Source: Candidatus Woesebacteria bacterium RIFCSPHIGHO2_02_FULL_42_20 (GTDB lineage: Bacteria; Patescibacteriota; Microgenomatia; UBA8517). From it: 64,000 nucleotides of DNA. The notes below the pieces were generated by a model, which was not told where the DNA came from, ran no database searches, and saw only the letters and a list, made by a program, of their open reading frames with translations. Numbering within the stretch: position 1 is the stretch's first letter; each line of letters starts with the position of its first letter. Positions 57,901-64,000 of the stretch are shown piece after piece. The position numbers were made by a program, and so were the translations under genes. The stretch spans positions 7,155 to 71,154 of the forward strand of contig MGGS01000002.1 in the NCBI GenBank assembly GCA_001792535.1, written 5' to 3'.

Positions 57901-58261
57901 GACTGGTCCGTACTCGCTTGTTACCCAACAACCCTTGGGAGGTAAAGCTCAAATGGGAGGCCAGAGGCTCGGGGAGATGGAGGTTTGGGCTTTGGAGGCA
58001 CACCGTGCTACCTATACACTCCAGGAGATGTTGACAATAAAATCCGATGATATTGTGGGCAGGGCCAGGGCTTTTGAAGCAATTGTCAAGGGTGACCCCA
58101 TTCCCGAGGCTAATGTACCAGAGAGTTTTAAAGTCTTGGTCCGCGAACTTAACTCCTTAGGTATGGCACTGGAAACAATTGGGGCGGTAATTGCTGATGA
58201 AGCCCAAAAAGAGGAAAACGAAGCGGTACAAAGTAAGGAAGTTGTGGAAAAAAAATTGTAA
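54950..58261 (+). CDS. rpoB: DNA-directed RNA polymerase beta subunit
   Basis: 1103 aa with RpoB signatures throughout. Confidence 0.97.
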   Translation: MSRQSRVNFGKAEKNLPKLDLLLVQKQSWDWFLTEGIEKEIAEVSPINDFTGKNWRLILSNHSLGASIITPRLAREKGLTFSSPFKVTATLINKHTEKEVSQEVFLGDIPQMTKWGTFIVNGIERAVINQIVRSPGAYFSGNLDALSGRMLYISEIRPLHGSWLEFEVGKSDVIVARIDRRKRVPVTVFLRAMGLSSDEEIKKTFAQADIDKNHQYIQKTLEKDSTKSSEEALIEIYRKMRPGEPSVLENAQELFEGLFLDPRRYDLGKVGRYKINKKLGLNVENEKKNWVLTKNDVVGALNYLIGLQNNQGKVDDIDHLANRRLRRVGELVATHAFRVGFLRLERSIKEKMSLVSTADRPLPSQLINARPLIAAINEFFRSNQLSTILDDTNPLSEIDNLRRVSVLGPGGINRERASFSIRDVNSSQYGRIDPVRSPEGPNIGLVTYLALYARVNEYGFVEAPYRKVVKVKKEGREFSKITEEIMYLQADDEQESRITHCGVNVDKDGLITDDRVAFRYNGLFTEGPSNLVDYIDVTPRQVFGTSASLIPFLAHDEGNRALMGSNMQCQAVPLITPSAPVIGTGMESFVADSMGKVVQVAYPGKVVYADAERVEVALDKKVNGQPDDYDIEITDAGKKAVYHITKFRRTSHSTCYNQKVKVNVGDRVKTGDLLADGPAVDGGELSLGQNLVIAYASFEGYGFEDAVLVSSRLVKDDLLTSIHIEEYSADVVETKLGPEELTRDIPNVAEAELANLAEDGIIVVGAEVGPNDILVGKIAPKGETELTSEERLLRAIFGEKAREVRDTSLRVPHGEKGMVVDVSVLDKDKGDELGPGVIKSVIVKVAQMRKVTVGDKLAGRHGNKGVIAKIMPVSDMPYLPDGTPVDIVISPLSVLARMNLGQLLEAHLGLALTKTGQKASLPVFDRVSEDILVNELKKANLSVSGKTKLVDGRTGESFKEDTVVGVGYIMKLTHMVEDKTHARSTGPYSLVTQQPLGGKAQMGGQRLGEMEVWALEAHRATYTLQEMLTIKSDDIVGRARAFEAIVKGDPIPEANVPESFKVLVRELNSLGMALETIGAVIADEAQKEENEAVQSKEVVEKKL

Positions 58262-58266
58262 AACCA

Positions 58267-61200
58267 TGGCTGAGTACAAACAGAATGACGTCGTAAGCGA
58301 ACTTAAAAATTTAGCCGATTTTAAGGCTTTGAGGATTAAACTCGCTTCGGTAGATGATATTAAAAATTGGTCTAGGGGGGAAGTAACTAAGCCAGAGACG
58401 ATCAATTACCGAACATTAAAGCCTGAAAAAGACGGCCTTTTTGACGAGCGCATTTTCGGCCCGACCAAAGATTGGGAATGCTATTGTGGAAAATATAAGA
58501 GGATCAGGTACAAAGGTGTCGTTTGCGATAAGTGCGGTGTTGAGGTAACACAATCCAGGGTCAGAAGAGAAAGGATGGGGCATATAACACTCGCTGCTCC
58601 TGTGGCTAATGTTTGGTTTTTCAAAGGCGCACCGTCGAGAATTTCTTTATTGCTTGACCTTCCGCCACGCTCGGTTGAGCAAGTGATCTATTTTGCCAAA
58701 TACTTAGTGATAGGTATTGACGAGGAAAAAAGAAAGAAGGCCATTTTGGAGGTTGGTCTATCTCTCAAAGTTAAGCTTGAAGAAATAAAGGAGAGTTATG
58801 ATGAGCGAAAGGAGCTTGTCGAAAAAGAAGCGGAAGCAGAAAGGGAAAAGATTAGTTCAAAGATCAAAAACAATGAACAGGCTCAGTTGGCAATATCCGA
58901 AGTCGAGCTTAATTTTCGTAAGAAAGATACCGCTTTGGCGGAAGAGGAGAAGCAATCCATTGAGAGGACAACCCAACTTTTTGACAGGTTGATGAATTTG
59001 GCCAAAAATATTGTACAGTTAGGTTTTTTGTCTGAAGATGAGTACGACGAACTTGATAGTTACGGAGCAGCTTCGTTTCTCGAAGTCAAAATGGGGGCGG
59101 AAGCCATACTTGATGCCATACAAACTGTTAATTTAGATAAGGAATCGGCAGATCTCAAAAAGCAGATTTTTGAAGTTAAGAATAAAAATAGCAAATATGT
59201 AAAGCTAACCAAGCGGCTAAAACTGATAGACGGCCTGCGCAGTGCTAAGGTTGACCCTTCCTGGATGATATTTAGAGTCCTTCCGGTGCTTCCGCCGGAT
59301 TTGCGGCCGATGGTTCAGTTGTCAGGCGGAAGATTTGCCACAAGCGACCTAAATGATCTTTATCGAAGGGTAATAAATAGAAATAACAGGCTAAAGCATT
59401 TGATGAGTTTGGGTGCGCCCGAAATTATACTTCGCAACGAGAAAAGGATGTTGCAGGAAGCTGTCGACTCCTTGATCGACGCTTCCCAGAGGAAGGCAAC
59501 CCGGCGTGGGCGGGGCAAACAAGCCTTAAGATCACTGTCAGACATGTTGCGAGGCAAGCAGGGCAGGTTTAGGCAGAATTTGCTGGGTAAAAGAGTCGAT
59601 TACTCCGGCCGTTCCGTGATTGTGGTGGGTCCTGAGTTGAATCTCAATCAGTGTGGTTTGCCTAAGGAAATGGCTCTGGAGATGTTCAAACCTTTTGTGC
59701 TTCATGAAATGATCATCCGTGGGATAGCCCCGAATGTTAAAAGTGCTAAAAACATGATTGAGCGAAGGCCTCCGGAAGTTTTTGATATTTTGGAGGAGAT
59801 TACCCGCGACCACCCGGTTTTGCTAAATCGCGCTCCCACACTGCACAAGCTGGGAATTCAGGCGTTTTACCCGGTGCTTATTGAGGGAAGCGCTATCAGG
59901 CTTCACCCCGCAGTTTGTTCCGGCTATAATGCCGACTTTGACGGCGACCAAATGGCGGTGCACGTGCCTTTATCCAAAAAGGCCATAGAAGAGGCGAAGT
60001 CCCTGATGCTTCCGAAATTCAATTTATTGCGTCCTGCCGATGGTACTCCGATTACCACCCCGTCGTCTAAGGAGATGGCTTTAGGGGTTTACTACTTTAC
60101 CAGCGATGATAGTAGGATAGGACCTTTTGGCAGTATTTTTGCTGACAGCCGGGAGGCGATTACTGCCTATCAATCTGGGAAAGTTGCTCTTAGACAAAAA
60201 ATTAATGCCCGGGTCAACGGCAAGATCATTGAGACAACTGTTGGTAGACTTATCTTTAATCAGATACTGCCGCCCGGTTTTGGGTTTGTCAATGAGAGTG
60301 TTAATTCCTCACTCATTAAAGAAATATTTACAAGGGCCTTTAACGAGGTGGACTTAGACTCGCTTGTTAGTTTGGTGGATGCCATTAAAGACTTGGGGTT
60401 TGCAGGTGGAACACTTTCAGGCCTTTCATTTGGAATATTCGATGCGGCCATGCTTGAGGAAAAGAAAGACATTATTTTAGCTTCAAACAAAAAGGTTGAA
60501 GTGATTGAGGAGAACTTTAACCAAGGGTTAATTACCGCCGATGAGAAGAAACGGCTGTCACACGAGGTTTGGATAGAAACGACAGAGGAGATTGCTGACA
60601 AAACTTGGGAGAAAATTGATCCGAACGGATCGATTAAATTGGTAATTGACGCAAAGGTCGGGCGTACTTCAAGAGATCAAATAAAGCAAATTTCGGGTAT
60701 GCGGGGGTTGGTTGTTGATCCTTTGGGTAAAATTGTGGACCTGCCTATTAAAAGCAACTTCCGCGAAGGCTTGTCTGTTTTCGAATATGTTACTTCCGGA
60801 AGAGGGTCCAGAAAAGGGTTGACAGATACTGCCATCAAGACGGCTGACGCGGGCTACTTGACCAGAAGGCTTGTCGACGTGGCGCACGATGTGTTGGTCA
60901 GATCCGAGGATTGTGGTGCTAAAGAAGGGTTTTTAATTGATCACAAGACCCGTCCGGCTACTTTTGCAAAGCGCATTTTGGGTAGGTTTGCTGCCGAGGT
61001 AGTTAAAGACAAGAAGGGGAAAGTTGTTGTTGAGAAAAACGGAATGATAGATGAAGCCAAAGTTGACCAAATTGAAGAAGCCCAAATAGATGCGGTCAGT
61101 GTTCGTTCTCCCTTGACCTGTGTCGCCCGCTACGGGGTTTGTACAAAGTGTTATGGTTGGGATCTATCCAACCGAAAGATAATCAATTTGGGAGTGCCGG

Positions 61201-62009
61201 TTGGAGTGGTAGCTGCGCAGTCGATTGGTGAGCCTGGTACGCAGCTTACTCTAAAAACGAAACATTCCGGTGGAGTTGTGGGAGTGGATGTTACCCAAGG
61301 TCTGCCTCGGGTGGAGGAGCTGTTTGAATCACGAGTTCCCAAAGTGCTTTCTCCTCTTTCGGAGATTCCGGGCAAAGTAACTTTGGCTGAAACGGACGAG
61401 GGCTGGGTTGTAAAAGTGGCAACTATTAATACCAAACCTAAAGAGGAGAGGGAATATTTGATTCCAAGGACCAGTAAAGTAATTGTCGAAGATGGCCAGT
61501 TGATTGATGCCGGAACACAGTTGGCTTCGGGTTCGTTGGACATTAAAGAAGTTTTGGCCGTTCGAGGGCTAAGGGAAGCGCAGATCTATTTGGTGAACGA
61601 ACTTCAAAAAGTTTACGAATCCCAGGGAATTCCGATTAATGACCGACATTTTGAGGTAATTACCAAAAAGATGAGTGATGAAGTTAAAATTGTGACTTCG
61701 GGGGATACTATGCTTTTGCCGGGTGAGTTGGTTGAGAAGGTTCGGTTTGAGGAGGAGAACGAAAAAGTTTTGGCTGCGGGGGGCGAGCCGGCCAGCGCCC
61801 AGCAGGTGATACTTGGAGTAACTAAAAGAGCCCTTTTTACTGAAAGTTGGCTATCTGCGGCAAGTTTTGAACAGACCACAGATATATTAACTACAGCAGC
61901 CCTTATGGGTAGAGTGGACAAACTTATTGGTTTAAAGGAAAACGTAATTATCGGAAGGCGGATTCCAGTAGACACGGAGCGGGCGGTCTTGATAGAAACT
62001 GCTTCTTAA
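58267..62009 (+). CDS. rpoC: DNA-directed RNA polymerase beta' subunit
   Basis: starts MAEYKQNDVV 6 nt after rpoB stop; zinc-binding CYCGKYKRIRYKGVVCDKCGVEV; NADFDGD active site; the track start 58191 overlaps rpoB and is rejected. Confidence 0.96.
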
Positions 62010-62028
62010 GATACAATTGTAACTTGCT

Positions 62029-62475
62029 ATGCCTACATTTTCACAACTAGTTCGAAGGCCACGAAAGAAGGTTGTTAAAAAGACTCGAAGCGCGGCATTA
62101 AAAAGGTGGTTTAACGCTAAAGACAGGGTTTATAAAGAAACGCCTTCGCCGTTTAAGCGCGGCGTGGTTTTGGCTGTTCGGACAATGACTCCTAGAAAGC
62201 CGAATTCGGCTCTTCGCAAAGTTGCGCGTGTAAGGCTTTCTAACAAGCAGGAAGTAACAGCCTATATTCCCGGTGAGGGCCATGAATTGGCAGAACACGC
62301 GATTGTTTTGGTCAGAGCAGGTAGAGTGAAGGACTTGGCTGGGGTGAAATATCAAGTGGTGCGAGGAAAGTTTGATACTACGGGTGTTGTTGGGAGGAAG
62401 ACGTCAAGAAGCAGATACGGGACAAAAAATGAAGGTGGGGGAGTAAGACCGGCTACGCAAGCGACCGCACAATAG
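62029..62475 (+). CDS. rpsL: 30S ribosomal protein S12 (with internal insertion and C-terminal extension)
   Basis: 148 aa; [15 protein letters not shown]...[27 protein letters not shown]. Confidence 0.95.
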   Translation: MPTFSQLVRRPRKKVVKKTRSAALKRWFNAKDRVYKETPSPFKRGVVLAVRTMTPRKPNSALRKVARVRLSNKQEVTAYIPGEGHELAEHAIVLVRAGRVKDLAGVKYQVVRGKFDTTGVVGRKTSRSRYGTKNEGGGVRPATQATAQ

Positions 62476-62485
62476 TTATAATCAT

Positions 62486-62965
62486 ATGCCAAGACGAAAA
62501 TTGAGAATTAAGAAAATGACGAGTCCGGATCCGGTTCATGGCAGTGTTTTGGTGGAAAGGCTAATTAATCGGTCTATGCGGGATGGCAAAAAAAGTATCG
62601 CACAAGCCCAGGTTTATAGGGCGCTTGATATCGTGGCCCAAAAGGTTAAAGAAAATGGTGTGAAGGTGTTGGAGAAGGCCTTAGATAATATTAGACCCGT
62701 TATGGAAGTCCGTCCGCGAAGAATCGGAGGAGCAGCTTATCAGGTGCCCATGCAGGTTCGTGGTCCAAGGCGTGAATCTCTTGGAGTCAGATGGCTGATA
62801 ACTTCGGCCAGGTTGCGATCAAATAGCGACTATCACACATACGCCGAGAAACTTGCGGCAGAGATTATGGAAGCCGCAAATGGTGAGGGGCCGGCGGTTA
62901 AGAAAAAACAGGACATGGAAAGAATGGCCGAGGCAAACCGTGCCTTCGCCCACTTCAATTGGTAA
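62486..62965 (+). CDS. rpsG: 30S ribosomal protein S7
   Basis: 159 aa; S7 signature throughout. Confidence 0.95.
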   Translation: MPRRKLRIKKMTSPDPVHGSVLVERLINRSMRDGKKSIAQAQVYRALDIVAQKVKENGVKVLEKALDNIRPVMEVRPRRIGGAAYQVPMQVRGPRRESLGVRWLITSARLRSNSDYHTYAEKLAAEIMEAANGEGPAVKKKQDMERMAEANRAFAHFNW

Positions 62966-62979
62966 GTCTCTTTTATTTG

Positions 62980-63008
62980 TTGACACCCGTTTTCGTGTAT
63001 TGTATGAT
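62980..63008 (+). promoter_or_regulatory. promoter for brnT-brnA
   Basis: TTGACA (62980-62985)-17 nt-TATGAT (63003-63008); ATG at 63021. Confidence 0.4.
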
Positions 63009-63020
63009 TAAATACATGAT

Positions 63021-63335
63021 ATGAGTTTGGATTTAGGATTTTCAAAAATAGAAGGTTTTGAATGGGACGAGGGAAACCTTGAACACATTAATAAACACGG
63101 GGTCAACTTTAAAGAATGTGAGCAAGTTTTTGTTAATCGGCTAATATTAATAAAAAAGGATAAAAAGCATTCCGTAAATGAAAGTAGGTTTCGGGCTTTG
63201 GGATACACAAATAACGGTAGAAATTTATTTATAGCCTTTACTGTGAGAGCAAAGAAAATTCGGGTAATTTCGGCTAGGGATCAAAATAGGAAAGAAAAGT
63301 TTGTTTTAAAGAAAATTGGAGGTGAACGAGGATGA
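63021..63335 (+). CDS. brnT: BrnT-family toxin (DUF497 ribonuclease)
   Basis: 104 aa; FEWDEGNLEHINKHGVNFKECEQVF signature. Confidence 0.8.
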   Translation: MSLDLGFSKIEGFEWDEGNLEHINKHGVNFKECEQVFVNRLILIKKDKKHSVNESRFRALGYTNNGRNLFIAFTVRAKKIRVISARDQNRKEKFVLKKIGGERG

Positions 63336-63616
63336 AGAAGTTAAAACCAATTCCAGTATTCAAAAATGAAGACGAAGAAGCTGAATTTTGGGCTACTCAC
63401 GATAGTACAGAATATATTGATTGGAGCAAGGCGATTAAGAACCCAGTTTTTCCCAATTTAAAGTTATCGACAAAGACGATTACGATAAGGGTTACAGAAA
63501 CCCTTCTTAGCGACTTAAAGATGATAGCTAACAAAAAAGATGTACCTTACCAGTCTTTAGTTAAAATATTTCTCGATGAAAAAGTTAAAGAGGAAATTGC
63601 ACCGAAATTCAAATAA
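63332..63616 (+). CDS. brnA: BrnA-family antitoxin
   Basis: 94 aa; EDEEAEFWATHDSTEYIDW signature; ATGA overlap with brnT. Confidence 0.8.
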   Translation: MKKLKPIPVFKNEDEEAEFWATHDSTEYIDWSKAIKNPVFPNLKLSTKTITIRVTETLLSDLKMIANKKDVPYQSLVKIFLDEKVKEEIAPKFK

Positions 63617-63699
63617 ACGTAGACGTGTGCTCGTAGCTTCAAAATCTTTTTTGGAGTTTTTGTGTTTTCCGGGTGTGTTTTGTCTTTTTTCCAATTTTT

Positions 63700-64000
63700 A
63701 AATGCGTTTATTTGTGATTGGTTTTGTGCCCCGCCTTGCTGGCGAGACTAGACTCGACACACCCGGTGTCGAAAGAAAACTTCCCCTTGCGGGGGGAGTC
63801 CACTCGTTTCCGAGTGGACTCCCAATAAGTCCGGCCCCCAAGGCCGCATAAAGCGCCTCAAGGGCATTAGGGAGAAAGTTTACGGAAGGTTTCTCGCGGT
63901 GTATAACGTCGCGAGAAGGAGGAGATCAGCAAGAGCGAATATGAGGAGAAATAGTCTTCCTGACCACGATCTCCAAATTGCTGACCCGTCCGTTAGGAGC
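63700..64000. ncRNA. GC-rich hairpin-dense non-coding region; candidate structured RNA truncated by window end (identity unresolved; weak RNase P RNA-like AAGUCCGG / AGGGCA elements)
   Basis: no ORF >60 aa after 63616; GC well above window mean; stems TCGACAC/GTGTCGA, CCCC/GGGG, 12-bp GGAGTCCACTCG/CGAGTGGACTCC, TTCTCGCG/CGCGAGAA. Confidence 0.3.

Noticed and set aside
1-64000. Alternative genetic code (UGA = Gly or Trp) for the whole genome
   Set aside because: TGA terminates murJ, hrcA, secA, serS and rarA at the expected protein ends, and large conserved genes (rpoB, rpoC, dnaK, secA) have no internal TGAs
1-64000. CRISPR arrays, tRNA/rRNA genes, transposases/integrases
   Set aside because: No spaced direct-repeat arrays, no tRNA-like T-loop/acceptor structures in the few intergenic regions long enough, no rRNA signature sequences, no transposase- or integrase-like ORFs found by eye; a systematic tRNAscan/Infernal run would be needed to be certain
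63700-64000. Firm assignment of the terminal structured region as RNase P RNA
   Set aside because: Only short motif matches; the extra 5' hairpins do not fit the canonical P1-P4 layout and the element is truncated by the window end, so only a generic structured-RNA call is made

Overview
Hand-located site coordinates are approximate (about +/-2 nt), and more so between ~32,000 and 37,000 where one displayed line appears mis-registered by 1 nt. The window reads like one contiguous piece of a small, reduced bacterial chromosome with roughly 42-45% GC. Compact protein forms (a 243-aa HrcA, an IF-2 with only the G and C domains, a 612-aa AlaRS, a class I LysRS) suggest a CPR/Patescibacteria-like lineage; this is inference only. 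Most genes are core housekeeping. These include murJ, the hrcA-grpE-dnaK-dnaJ heat-shock operon with a CIRCE operator, secA, rarA, serS, lysK, greA, nusA-infB, rpsO-pnp, rnj, ftsK, alaS, ruvX, mltG and rpoB-rpoC-rpsL-rpsG. No rRNA or tRNA genes, CRISPR arrays, transposases or integrases were seen. The accessory content is unusually rich for such a genome. (1) nt 24-6286 hold a PMT-family glycosyltransferase convergent with an overlapping-gene operon of PilN-like and PilO-like proteins, Pro/Thr-linker surface proteins (one ending LPEAG plus a TM segment) and a lysine-rich protein. (2) There are five type II toxin-antitoxin modules; one PIN toxin is interrupted by an in-frame TGA. (3) A Nudix gene is disrupted by a poly-A frameshift and an in-frame TGA. 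(4) An opposite-strand island of uncharacterised genes (P-loop NTPase, secreted coiled-coil protein, acidic proteins) sits inside the normally contiguous nusA-infB...rpsO-pnp neighbourhood. (5) A diverged duplicate of the dnaJ 3' end lies 17 kb from dnaJ. (6) A Lon-type AAA+ gene lacks the peptidase domain. (7) A PilM-like membrane protein is adjacent to a sortase. (8) A GC-rich, hairpin-dense non-coding stretch at the 3' end may be a structured RNA.
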